DNA of 64,000 bases from Candidatus Aenigmatarchaeota archaeon. Lineage in GTDB: Archaea; Aenigmatarchaeota; Aenigmatarchaeia; Aenigmatarchaeales; Aenigmatarchaeaceae. Below the pieces are notes generated by a model. That model saw only the letters and a list, made by a program, of their open reading frames with translations. It was not told the DNA's origin and searched no databases. Positions 1 through 10,013 of the stretch are shown here, piece after piece; positions within the stretch are counted from its first letter, which is position 1; each line of letters begins with the position of its first letter. The stretch spans positions 34,436 through 98,435 of the forward strand of contig JBDRJK010000001.1 in NCBI GenBank assembly GCA_043814985.1. The letters are read 5' to 3'. Made by a program: the position numbers and the translations under genes.

Positions 1-182
1 GGAACAAAGACACTTGCATGCTAGTTGTACTGGAAAACAAAGCAGATTAATAACTATCATGAAGACACAGATAGACTCAGTTATTTTTTATTCTTTTTAT
101 TTAATTATTCTTATTTTTTCAATTTAAATATCAGAATGTATTTTTTGCAATTTATTTAAACAAAATAACTTAGATAACTATT

Positions 183-683
183 ATGAAAGGGCAGTCTGAG
201 GCAATAGTTTTCATTCTTTTATTTATTGTCAGCATTTTTCTTTTTACATTCGCAGCCCAATGGAGCAGAAATATTTTCCAGGAGAACATGGATTTTTCAA
301 GGCTCGAGGCCTCGGAAAGGTTCATGAAGGAACTGGACAACGACATCTCGAACATCATAAGATTCGGGGGCCTGAGGGAAATAGAGTTCAACCTTGATGG
401 AACAGTAGAGCTGGTTGATAGCAGGACAATAGGGATAAGGGTTCCAAGTTCCCTAGATATCCAAAATAACTGGGTCAACATATCTGAAGGCGCTTCCTTT
501 ATACGGGAAAGGAAGGAGGGGGAAACCATTGTCCTTCACCTGATTTATCCTCAAAGCGACTACAGGGTAGAGTTCTTCACTGACGGTTCTAGATTGTCCC
601 AGCCATCATATGTGAAACTGGAAAAAAACGACACTTTTTTCGATACAACGACTGTCATTAGAATAAAAATAAGCTTTGTGTAA
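183..683 (+). CDS. Type IV pilin-like protein with class III signal peptide
   Basis: N-terminus MKG|QSEAIVFILLFIV (basic-Gly, Q+1, hydrophobic helix); first gene of the secretion ATPase/TadC operon. Confidence 0.75.
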   Translation: MKGQSEAIVFILLFIVSIFLFTFAAQWSRNIFQENMDFSRLEASERFMKELDNDISNIIRFGGLREIEFNLDGTVELVDSRTIGIRVPSSLDIQNNWVNISEGASFIRERKEGETIVLHLIYPQSDYRVEFFTDGSRLSQPSYVKLEKNDTFFDTTTVIRIKISFV

Positions 684-691
684 TTATTCTT

Positions 692-1114
692 ATGAAAGGG
701 CAGTATCTAACAATAGAATATCTTCTTTTCTTCACAATCGGAGTAATCATGATAGTCTCAGTGTACTATATTTTTTCAGGCCTCAACCAGCAGTATGAAA
801 AGGCCACCACAGAATACCAGCTCCAGATGACAGGCCAGATGATAATGGGAAGTGTGATAAATGTGTTCGAGGCATCAAATTCAACGAACAGCCAAGTGAT
901 ATATAATCTTACAATACCGACCAAACTATCCAATTGCATCTATTCCATAAGGGAACTTAACGGCTTCCTGCTATTGGAATGTGTGGAAATAAGAGGCATG
1001 AATGCCAATTTAACACTATACAATTTCAATATTAAAATAAAAAATAATATAATATACAGCACAAATGGTTTACTGGAAATATATGCCAATGGCGGGGAGA
1101 TTGATATAAAATGA
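692..1114 (+). CDS. Type IV pilin-like protein with class III signal peptide
   Basis: MKG|QYLTIEYLLFFTIG; overlaps the ATPase start. Confidence 0.75.
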   Translation: MKGQYLTIEYLLFFTIGVIMIVSVYYIFSGLNQQYEKATTEYQLQMTGQMIMGSVINVFEASNSTNSQVIYNLTIPTKLSNCIYSIRELNGFLLLECVEIRGMNANLTLYNFNIKIKNNIIYSTNGLLEIYANGGEIDIK

Positions 1115-2899
1115 AAATTGTTTTGAGGAGACCACCAAAAAAAGTAAATCTATACAAAGTTTTCCACAAAGCTGTCGATGGATACAAAAACCTGCAAAAA
1201 AGGGCCATGGAAAACATGCCGCATGTTCAATTATTGTCCTCAATGATAGGCGAGCCTCCCCAACCAGGAGCATATGGTCCAATGCCTGGTCTAAAACCTC
1301 ATATTGGCCTAGGGAAGACGGCAGTTGAAAAAATTGCTGAGGAGGAAAAGGAAAGCGATATAATAAAAAAGAAGACTCCTTTGGCGTTCAATGAGCCTGA
1401 AGTTAATCTAAAGTCTATAAATATTGTTTACACTTTGATACAGTCTGAAGAGAGGGTACCACTTGCCAGCGCCAACATAAAATGGAGCCGTACGGAAAAC
1501 TCTCTGATATACTACCTAATCGAACCTGTCCTGAACGACAGTGAAAAGAATTTACTGAAAAGAATAAAAACCGCAATAATGGAAAAACTTGACATTGACT
1601 TCACATCAATGAGAAAGGGTGAGGCAAGAACTTACCTGAAAAAGAGGTTCGAGGAAACCATAGACCTTATGACAGCAGAGCTGCCAGTTGAAAAAAGAAA
1701 GCAATTTCTCTACTATGTCGAGAGGGACTTTGTCGGTATGGATAAGATAGAACCCATGATGCAGGACCCCAACATAGAGGATATTTCCTGCGACGGTATT
1801 GGAATTCCGCTTTTTGTATTTCATAGGAACCCTGTATTAGGAAGCATACAGACAAACGTGAAGTTTGAAAGCAAGGAAGAGCTTGACACATTTGTCAGCA
1901 AGGTTGCACAAAGATGTGGAAAGAATATTTCAATTGCTGTTCCTCTCATTGGAGGCAGCTTGCCTGACGGTTCCAGAGTTCAGGCAACATTGGGAACAGA
2001 CATAGCCAGAAGAGGAAGCAACTTTACAATAAGAAAGTTCACAAAAAGGCCTCTGACTCCTATTCAGTTGATAAATTTCAAGACAATCGACCCGAAGATT
2101 GCCGCGTTCCTGTGGCTGTCGATCGAGTACGGAAGGTCTATCTTAATGAGTGGCGGTGTTGCATCAGGAAAAAACCACTCTACTCAATGCACTGTCACTT
2201 TTCATAAGGCCTGAACTTAAGATTGTTTCAATAGAAGACACTGCCGAACTTAAACTGCCACACCCACACTGGGTTCCAGGCGTTGCCAGAACAGCAATAA
2301 CCCAAATAGAGGGGAAGAAGATAGGTGAAGTGGACTTATTCGACTTGTTGAGAGAGTCATTGAGACAGAGACCTGACTACCTGATTGTAGGAGAGGTTAG
2401 GGGCAGGGAAGCGTATGTACTGTTCCAGCAAATAGCAACAGGGCACTCGAGCATGTCAACCATACACGCTGACTCTATGGAGAGGCTTATGGACAGGCTG
2501 ACAACACCACCAATTAACCTGCCTGCAACCTTGATTGCAGCTTTGGACATTGTGATATTTATTGTGAAAATGAAGTACGGACAAACCTATGTAAGAAGGA
2601 TCAAAAGTATATACGAAGTCACTGGTTTTGATAGGGACAAAAACTTCCCTCTTGTCAATGAAGTATACAAATGGAATTCTTTAACAGACAAGTACGATCA
2701 AATAAACCCTTCAACTGTTCTAAAAAAAATAACTGAACAATACGGCATTCCGCAAGAAAAACTAAAAACTGAGATCAAAAACAGGGCGGCAGTAATAAAC
2801 TGGATGATAGAAAGCAGAATTGAGGACTACGTGGATGTTGCAAAAATAATTAAGCTTTACTACGTCAGGGCGCAGGACCTATTAGATGCAATTGGATGA
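1111..2899 (+). pseudogene. Type II/IV secretion ATPase (FlaI/VirB11/TadA family), split by one extra A at 2169-2174 (real or sequencing error)
   Basis: ORF 1111..2214 has IEDISCDG, LPDGSRVQ and ends GGVASGK; ORF 2150..2899 continues TTLLNAL, SIEDTAEL, LRQRPD, GEVRG, TGH, TIHA; removing one A restores Walker A GVASGKTT. Confidence 0.9.
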
Positions 2900-2904
2900 T
2901 TTGA

Positions 2905-3783
2905 ATGGATTTGTGGAAAACCCTTAAACCATTGTCATTCAAGTTCTTTGGAAGAAGTCTAGAGCCCTTTATAGGTTATTTCGATAGCATAAAGCCAGAC
3001 TTGCAAAGAGCCAACATAGGTCTCAGCCTGCAGGAATACATCTACATAATATTTTTTGTGATGCTTGGAACCTTCATCATAGAATTCCCCTTCGTAGTCA
3101 TAATAACATCCCTACTGCTTGGGGATGCCATCAGTGCATTCCTATTATCTTTTACCTTGACTGTCCTGATTATGATTGTCCAGTTCTTTATATTCTACAC
3201 TTATCCGAGCATGTCTGCCGGAAGGAGAAGAAAGAGCATAGAAGCTTCATTGTCTTTCGCAACAACGTACATGGCAACAATAGCAAGCTCTGGAGCGCCG
3301 CCAATAACCATGTTCAAGGTTCTTGCTGACTTCGAAGATTATGGGGAGATGTCAAAGGAGGCGGGAAAAATCTACACGGACGTGGAAGCCTTTGGAATGG
3401 AGCTTGTTGCAGCCATAAGAAAAACTGCAAGGAGAACACCCTCAGAAGAACTAAAGGAGCTTTTGTGGGGTCTTGACACTATTCTAACAAGCGGCGGTAA
3501 TGTAAGCGACTTTCTTCATGAGAAGTCCAGACTTTTCATAGCAGAGTACAGGAGAAAACTGGAAAAGTATTCCAGAACCCTGTCAATGCTCATAGAAGTT
3601 TACCTGACTGTTGTACTGATTGGTTCAATATTCTTCATAATCATGACAGCTTTGATGTCAATAATAGGAGGCGGTTCAAATCTACTCATGATATTCCTCC
3701 AGTTCCTAGTTGTTTTTGTTGTTCTGCCGTTTGTCTCAATAGGTTTCATACTGCTAGTGAAATCAATATCGCCAACCATGTGA
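2905..3783 (+). CDS. Type II secretion system F / TadC-FlaJ family membrane platform protein
   Basis: Multiple TM helices; YGEMSKE, ARRTPS, SGGN motifs; follows the ATPase. Confidence 0.85.
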   Translation: MDLWKTLKPLSFKFFGRSLEPFIGYFDSIKPDLQRANIGLSLQEYIYIIFFVMLGTFIIEFPFVVIITSLLLGDAISAFLLSFTLTVLIMIVQFFIFYTYPSMSAGRRRKSIEASLSFATTYMATIASSGAPPITMFKVLADFEDYGEMSKEAGKIYTDVEAFGMELVAAIRKTARRTPSEELKELLWGLDTILTSGGNVSDFLHEKSRLFIAEYRRKLEKYSRTLSMLIEVYLTVVLIGSIFFIIMTALMSIIGGGSNLLMIFLQFLVVFVVLPFVSIGFILLVKSISPTM

Positions 3784-3787
3784 TAAA

Positions 3788-4795
3788 ATGAATTTTAAAA
3801 ATATGTTAAGTTTTGGCTCGGGAAAGCCTAAAAAAGGCGGGCCCAAAAAGGAAGGGTTAAACATAGAGTACAAATATATACCCTTGATAGTAGCAGCTAT
3901 CATAATCGCCATTGGATTATTTTTCTACGAAATTCCAGCAATAATGTACAACCTCATTGTTCTTGGGGTCATAATAGGAGTGGCCCCACTAGTACTCATT
4001 TCTTATTTTGAATATTCTAGAATCAAGGCAATAGAGGACCAGCTGCCAATTTTCTTGCTTGATCTGGCCGAGTCACAAAAGGTCGGGTTGACCCTACACG
4101 AGTCACTGAAACAAGCAGCAAAAACTGACTACGGCAAGCTGACGCCTGAGATAAGAAAGGTCTACAACCAACTGTCATGGGGCTTGAGAGTACAAGACGT
4201 GTTTTTGAATTTTTCCAAAAGAATGAAGAAGTCAAAGCTAATAGGAAGGATTGTCAGGATAATAAATGAGACCTATATATCCGGAGGGGATATAGGAAGG
4301 ACAATGGAATCGACCGCATCAGACATAACAGCCATAAAGGAGGCTGAGAAGGAAAGGAAGTCAGTAACCTCGGAGCACACCTTCATCATGTATGCAATAT
4401 ACTTCATATTCATCGGGATTGTCATTGGTCTTTCCCAGACACTTATACCGCTGTTGAGCATGGGAGAGCAGGCCGGAGCAGCAGGTGGGGGAATGGGGGG
4501 AATATTCGAATTCAAAGACCCCTGCGTGGCATGTGAAGGCAGCGGCAACATATACTGCATAAACTGCTCGATTTTTGGTGTTGTCTGCCAGATGTTCAGT
4601 CTAAAGGAAGGCGGAACATGCTATTACAATGCCTTATTCCTCGTGATGGCAGTTGTGCAGGGCATCTTCTCAGGCCTGGTGGCCGGGCAGATAGGTGAGG
4701 GCTCTGTTTATGCTGGCGTCAAGCACAGCATTATAATGACAATCTCCGGCTTTGCAATACTTATAGCCCTAATGCTGTCAGGTTTCATGGGATAA
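3788..4795 (+). CDS. Second T2SS-F / TadC-like platform protein
   Basis: LPIFLLDLAE..KVG, DYGKLTPE, SGGDI and QGIFSGLVAGQIGEGS motifs. Confidence 0.85.
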   Translation: MNFKNMLSFGSGKPKKGGPKKEGLNIEYKYIPLIVAAIIIAIGLFFYEIPAIMYNLIVLGVIIGVAPLVLISYFEYSRIKAIEDQLPIFLLDLAESQKVGLTLHESLKQAAKTDYGKLTPEIRKVYNQLSWGLRVQDVFLNFSKRMKKSKLIGRIVRIINETYISGGDIGRTMESTASDITAIKEAEKERKSVTSEHTFIMYAIYFIFIGIVIGLSQTLIPLLSMGEQAGAAGGGMGGIFEFKDPCVACEGSGNIYCINCSIFGVVCQMFSLKEGGTCYYNALFLVMAVVQGIFSGLVAGQIGEGSVYAGVKHSIIMTISGFAILIALMLSGFMG

Positions 4796-4796
4796 T

Positions 4797-5243
4797 ATGC
4801 TCGGTCAAATAAGAATTGAATTCATTGCTGGCATCTTGATATTTTCAATAATAATAACGTTTGTCGTAAACCAGACCAACATAACTTTCTCAAACCTGCT
4901 GACAGATTCAAAGGCTGACATCCTGAAGGCAAAGGCCTTAAATTCAATAACAATCCTTGTTGAGGACACGGGACAACCATCAAACTGGAATCCGTCAAAT
5001 GTTGAAAGAGTCGGACTTGCATACAAGCCGCATAGCCTTTCCCGCAACAAGATAAACATGCTCAACACTAACTGTGATATCTTGGACAATTTCGTACTTA
5101 GGACCTACAGGCTAACGATATATAATTCCACTGATTTGATGTTGTTTTGCGGCAGCGAGAATTTAAACCCGGCTGCAGCATTTGAAGTGGAGTATGTTGA
5201 GATCGAGGGAGACTACGGCAATGTCTCATTAGAGATGTGGTAA
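4797..5243 (+). CDS. Pilin-like protein
   Basis: MLG|QIRIEFIAGILIF (Q+1, E+5), GQPSNW motif, operon context. Confidence 0.7.
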   Translation: MLGQIRIEFIAGILIFSIIITFVVNQTNITFSNLLTDSKADILKAKALNSITILVEDTGQPSNWNPSNVERVGLAYKPHSLSRNKINMLNTNCDILDNFVLRTYRLTIYNSTDLMLFCGSENLNPAAAFEVEYVEIEGDYGNVSLEMW

Positions 5244-5244
5244 A

Positions 5245-6408
5245 ATGAAAGGTTTTGTATATTTGTTGGAGATAGCAATCGCAGCAATACTTATGGTAGT
5301 TGTCCTGAGCACTTTCTTTGCCATCAGAGTGAAACAGAGCTGGGAAAGCTCTGACCTCATAGACGCCGGAAACAACATTCTTAGCTACATAAAACAAGAC
5401 GACAATTATTTTGTAGACATACTGGATGGAAACTTTTCAGATATGATTGAAAATATTAAGGTGGCAAGCATTGGTTATGGTATCAGCATCAAAGGCTCGC
5501 CAAAGTCAAACATAATAGTTGGCTGTGCTCAGAATTATCAATGTGCTTATATTCAAAGCCTTTTGACAGATGTTTATTTGAACGAACGCCAAATCACTTT
5601 TCTTGTTGAGGAATTCAACATCACGGCCGGAGTTCCGAATTACTATGATGCAATTGTTTTTGTTGATTATAATGGATACACAACATATAAAACAGAAATC
5701 ATTGATTTTTTGAACACTGGAGGCATGGTTCTTGGAATAAACCCAGTAATCAACAACAATGATTTTTATGACATTTTCGGCTTAAGTGAAAGCCTTAATC
5801 CCCTTCCCCCTCCAGGCGAGTCTAACCATTTCACAGCATATGACCCTGCAATAGAGGACATAGAAAAGTATTTCATGGGAATTGGTTTTGACCTAAATAG
5901 AAGCTGGTATATCTGGGAGGATGAGTGGACAGTTGATTATGGTACGAATTATATAAACTTATCAAGAGGCGGTGAGGAGAGGAATTTACGTTACGAAGAG
6001 GATACTATTGTCCTGAGAGGACCAGATTCCATTGATTATTCATTCCAAGTAAAGGAAATATGGTCTGGGATTCAAAAAGCAAATGTCCAAACCTTGAGTA
6101 CTGGCTTTGTTTTTGAAGATTTTTCAGATGCAATCCCTGTTGAAGGCAATAAAAACGTTGTTGGTTATTTTTCAAACAGTTATGCAGAAATGGCATCAAA
6201 TGGAAGCGCAATCTGGATTTCAGACTTTCCGTTTAGCAGCGAATATGTAACATTGTTAAAATCTGCCATAATTTCAAGGTGTGATGAATGGGTCGCCAAG
6301 GGAGTTTACACAGAAAGGGAGACTGTAACAACATCATCCTTCTTTTCTTTGTGCTGTGACATGCCAGAAACAGCAGAATTGGAAATCACCTTGTGGAATA
6401 TTGTCTAA
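5245..6408 (+). CDS. Large pilin-like / pilus-associated protein
   Basis: MKG|FVYLLEIAIAAIL class III-like signal and an acidic extracellular domain; last gene of the operon. Confidence 0.65.
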   Translation: MKGFVYLLEIAIAAILMVVVLSTFFAIRVKQSWESSDLIDAGNNILSYIKQDDNYFVDILDGNFSDMIENIKVASIGYGISIKGSPKSNIIVGCAQNYQCAYIQSLLTDVYLNERQITFLVEEFNITAGVPNYYDAIVFVDYNGYTTYKTEIIDFLNTGGMVLGINPVINNNDFYDIFGLSESLNPLPPPGESNHFTAYDPAIEDIEKYFMGIGFDLNRSWYIWEDEWTVDYGTNYINLSRGGEERNLRYEEDTIVLRGPDSIDYSFQVKEIWSGIQKANVQTLSTGFVFEDFSDAIPVEGNKNVVGYFSNSYAEMASNGSAIWISDFPFSSEYVTLLKSAIISRCDEWVAKGVYTERETVTTSSFFSLCCDMPETAELEITLWNIV

Positions 6409-6704
6409 ACTTCCTCTGTTTTTCCATTAATCTTGACAATTTCCTTCATTGCCTTTGTCAATGTCCTCTTCTTGTAATGCTCTATGCTCATGTGCCAGTA
6501 GAGGTTGCCGTGAGCCACTTTCCTCTTCATTATCTTGCCTTCATTGCAAAGCCAGTCAAGTTTCTTCCTGATTGTCTCCAAGGTATTGGGTTTTACAGGG
6601 ATTCCTTCTATTTTCAGCAAATCTGTTGGCATACAGGGAGAATTAGCTAAGACAAGTATCTCCAATCTCTCCTCATCAGGATAATCGTAAATTTTCTTGG
6701 GCAA
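6405..6704 (-). CDS. Small putative winged-HTH protein
   Basis: 99 aa, TTG start; ETIRKKLDWLCNEGKIMKRKV resembles a wHTH recognition helix and wing. Confidence 0.5.
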   Translation of the reverse strand: MPKKIYDYPDEERLEILVLANSPCMPTDLLKIEGIPVKPNTLETIRKKLDWLCNEGKIMKRKVAHGNLYWHMSIEHYKKRTLTKAMKEIVKINGKTEEV

Positions 6705-6866
6705 AAAACCACGTATAAACTCTACTTATTCTTATTATAACTTAATTAGTATAAAAGAATAACTGCACTTACAAAAGAGATAACTAGACTTATAGAAAAT
6801 TTAAATTTCCTTTGGCACCTTTTAGGCACGGAAGGTATACTAAACCATCTCATCTTTTCCGAAGAA

Positions 6867-7163
6867 TTAGTCTAAGGAGATTTTCTTCAACATGCCTTTT
6901 TTCTTAATCCATAAAGACTGTGCTCTTGAGTATTTCCAAATAACGTCTGCCCTTTCCTCAGTCTGTACTACCCATGGTGTCACTAATACCAGATCGCCGG
7001 CCTTAGCCCACATTCTTCTTCTTACCCTACCGGGTATCCTGCATATCCTAGTAAAACCATCATCGCACTTGACTTCCATTCTTCCGCCTCCCAAAAGAGC
7101 ATTAACAGTTCCCAAAATCTCCCCTTTCTTGGGCATTCTAACTCTTATGATCACTTCTTCCAT
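6867..7163 (-). CDS. eif1a: Translation initiation factor aIF-1A
   Basis: LLGGGRMEVKCDDGFTRICRIPGRVRRRMW..GDLVLV.PW. Confidence 0.95.
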   Translation of the reverse strand: MEEVIIRVRMPKKGEILGTVNALLGGGRMEVKCDDGFTRICRIPGRVRRRMWAKAGDLVLVTPWVVQTEERADVIWKYSRAQSLWIKKKGMLKKISLD

Positions 7164-7811
7164 TCAATCAATCCTTACTAATATCGAACTTCTATAAATA
7201 TCTTTACCTTTCTTTCTAGTAACCAGCTTGTAATTCTTTTTTACTTCGGCGTCAAATTTCTTTTTTAACTCGTTTGCTACTCTGTCCGCGAAATTATTGT
7301 CTGCCAGATAGATGTCCATCCCGTTCTTTAGTTCCTCCACCCTGAAAGTCTTGTTCTCCCTTATTATCTGATCATCTATGAAGTTCATGGCCTCGGCTGT
7401 ATTGCCTCTCAGCTGAATAACAGCTTCAAAGTATCCGCCACTTCTTCTAGAGCAGTCTATACAAACCTTCTTAATTGGCTTGAGAGCTATAACATGCTCC
7501 TCTTTTTCTTTAATTTTCTTAGAGCCCTTAAGATAGCCCTTGGCGATAACATGGAGGACATCGTTCTTATTGATTTTAATGCTGACATTCTTTCCCATAA
7601 TCTTAATCTTGTCCCTCAGAAGCTCCCCAACCTCAATTTCCTCCCAATTGTTCCTGTGCTTTATGCGGTCGCACCTCTTGCACACTGTAAAGGTCATTTT
7701 CTCAGGAACTTCTATCAGGTTAAACTCCTTGTTGTAGCAGTCCTCGCAGTAGCCCTCTACCAATTCTTCAGTATTCTTACCACACAAAAAACAAAACTTC
7801 ATACTAATCAT
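7164..7811 (-). CDS. NMD3-family ribosome biogenesis protein
   Basis: N-terminal CxxC pairs and CIDCSRRSGGYFEAVIQLR. Confidence 0.9.
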   Translation of the reverse strand: MISMKFCFLCGKNTEELVEGYCEDCYNKEFNLIEVPEKMTFTVCKRCDRIKHRNNWEEIEVGELLRDKIKIMGKNVSIKINKNDVLHVIAKGYLKGSKKIKEKEEHVIALKPIKKVCIDCSRRSGGYFEAVIQLRGNTAEAMNFIDDQIIRENKTFRVEELKNGMDIYLADNNFADRVANELKKKFDAEVKKNYKLVTRKKGKDIYRSSILVRID

Positions 7812-8298
7812 TCCTTACCTTTTGTAAGAAGCCGTATACCTTTGAATGTTTTGATCCTCTAAGTATCATGTTAACAGCGTCTCTAGCTATTTCAAGCTGT
7901 TGGTATTTGCCTATCAGGGATACTGTCTTGCCGCACACGGACATGAAGCAGCCACTGTCCTTCTCAATAATTATCCTTGTCTTGCCTCTGGTGCCTATCA
8001 GCCTTGACTTTATCAGCTTCAATTTATTGTCCTTGAAGCCTTCCAGCTCTATTATTTCCAAAACTTCTTCTTCATCAAACAATCTAAAGGCCTTTTTCGG
8101 AACAAAACCCTTTGCTATTGCCTTCACTATGCACTTTGCCTGTAAAAGCTCTATGCCCTCGCCTTTGATTTCAACCAGATTGTCCTGGAACTCGATTTTC
8201 ACATTGAGGGTATTTTCTATCTTATGATTGACAGGTCTGTCTTTAATTACCTTTATCCTATCCAGGGGAACAATCACTGTTTCTAAAATCTCTCTCAC
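7804..8298 (-). CDS. KH-domain rRNA-processing protein (Dim2/Pno1 family)
   Basis: AIAKGF.P..AFRL, SRLIGTRGKTR, GSKHSKVY. Confidence 0.9.
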   Translation of the reverse strand: MREILETVIVPLDRIKVIKDRPVNHKIENTLNVKIEFQDNLVEIKGEGIELLQAKCIVKAIAKGFVPKKAFRLFDEEEVLEIIELEGFKDNKLKLIKSRLIGTRGKTRIIIEKDSGCFMSVCGKTVSLIGKYQQLEIARDAVNMILRGSKHSKVYGFLQKVRND

Positions 8299-8429
8299 CT
8301 ATATTCATAAATTGAAAAGACAAACTTATATTAAACACAAGTGTATTTATATAAAAAATAGAACTTAACTTCTAAAAAATGCAATTAAGTTTAAAAGGAA
8401 TAAGTGTCAATTCAATTGAGTGGTAAAAA

Positions 8430-10013
8430 ATGGCAGATAATTCGAAAAACGCAACAGAACTGGGAAAAAGTCTGAAAGAAATATCTGTGGCCGAATTCTT
8501 CGAGAAGAACAGGCACTTGTTGGGTTATGACAACCCTACAAAGGCATTGCTGACCATTGTAAAGGAGACAGTAGACAATTCAATTGATGCTTGCGAAGAA
8601 GCAGGCATACTTCCTGACATAAAGGTTACTATAAAGCAGATTGGAGACAGCAGATACCGCTTAAAGGTCGAAGATAATGGCCCTGGAATAATTGAAGAGA
8701 AGCTTTCCCTAGCTTTTGGCAAGTTCCTTTACGGAAGCAAGTTCCACAGATTAAGGCAGGCAAGAGGTACACAGGGCATTGGAGTTGCAGGAGCCATCTT
8801 ATATTCTCAATTAACAACAGGAAAACCAGTTAAAATATCATCAAGTATAGGAAATGAGATTACAGACCTTGTCTTGATGCTTGATGTTATCAAAAACGAA
8901 CCTCACATAATATCTTCTACTAAATCAAAAAACCCCAACAAGTGGCATGGCATAAAAATCGAGATGGAAATGGAGGCAAGATACATAGAAAAGGGTGTGT
9001 CTGTCCCAGAATACCTGAAGCAAACAGCAATAATGAACCCTTATACAAAGATAGTTTACAACGGCCCCAACGAAAAGATAACATTCTCAAGAGCAGTGCA
9101 AAAACTTCCTAAGATGCCAAGGGAAATCAAACCTCATCCGCACGGAGTTGAGCTTGGAATCCTAAGGAGAATGGCAAAACTATCAAAGGAAAAGGACATA
9201 AAGAGGTTTTTGAAAAAGGAATTCTCAAGAATAGGAAGCACATCAGCTGAACAGATATTCAAATTGGCGAAAATCGATCCTAAGAAGAAGCCAATAAATC
9301 TTGCTCACGATGATATTGTAAAATTGCACAATGCAATGAATAAAATAAAACTCATTGCCCCATCAACAGACTGCCTGTCTCAGATAGGAGAGGAAATGAT
9401 AGAAAAAGGTTTGAGAAAGCAGATAGATGCAGAGTATTTTGTTGCAATATCAAGGTCACCGACAGTCTACAGGGGAAGGCCTTTCGCAGTTGAGGTCGGA
9501 ATAGCATACGGAGGAAGTCTGAACCCGAAAGACAAGGCGGAGCTTTTGAGATTCGCAAACAAGGTTCCTCTGATGTATCACAAGGGAGACTGCGCAATAA
9601 CAAAGGCTGTACAGCAGACTGACTGGAGAAGATACGGCTTGCAGCAGTCAGGAGGTTCCATACCAAACGGTCCTGTGGCAATTACTGTTCATTTCGCATC
9701 TGTCTGGGTTCCCTACACTTCAGAAGGAAAGCAGGCAATAGCAAGCTATCCTGAAATCGTAAAGGAAATCAAACTGGCGCTTCAAGACGCTGGCAGGAAA
9801 CTCAAACTTTTCATTTCAAGAAAGAAGAAAAGGCACGAACTTGAAAAAAGGAAGAACCTTTTTGAGAAATACATACCAGAAGTTGCAATAGCCTTGTCAA
9901 AAATAACAGACACGCCAGAAGGGAAAATCAGAAAAGGTCTGGAAGACTTATTAAAGAGAGGTACTAAAAATGGCGAAAACGGAGAAGCTGAAGCAGGGGA
10001 AGAAAAACCTTAA
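8430..10013 (+). CDS. top6B: DNA topoisomerase VI subunit B
   Basis: SVAEFFEKNRHLLGY, ETVDNSIDA, DNGPGI, RGTQGIG, RFANKVPL. Confidence 0.97.
   Translation: MADNSKNATELGKSLKEISVAEFFEKNRHLLGYDNPTKALLTIVKETVDNSIDACEEAGILPDIKVTIKQIGDSRYRLKVEDNGPGIIEEKLSLAFGKFLYGSKFHRLRQARGTQGIGVAGAILYSQLTTGKPVKISSSIGNEITDLVLMLDVIKNEPHIISSTKSKNPNKWHGIKIEMEMEARYIEKGVSVPEYLKQTAIMNPYTKIVYNGPNEKITFSRAVQKLPKMPREIKPHPHGVELGILRRMAKLSKEKDIKRFLKKEFSRIGSTSAEQIFKLAKIDPKKKPINLAHDDIVKLHNAMNKIKLIAPSTDCLSQIGEEMIEKGLRKQIDAEYFVAISRSPTVYRGRPFAVEVGIAYGGSLNPKDKAELLRFANKVPLMYHKGDCAITKAVQQTDWRRYGLQQSGGSIPNGPVAITVHFASVWVPYTSEGKQAIASYPEIVKEIKLALQDAGRKLKLFISRKKKRHELEKRKNLFEKYIPEVAIALSKITDTPEGKIRKGLEDLLKRGTKNGENGEAEAGEEKP

Noticed and set aside
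1..120. Possible 3' end of an upstream gene (stop at 48-50) and a T-rich terminator
   Set aside because: Too little sequence to assign.
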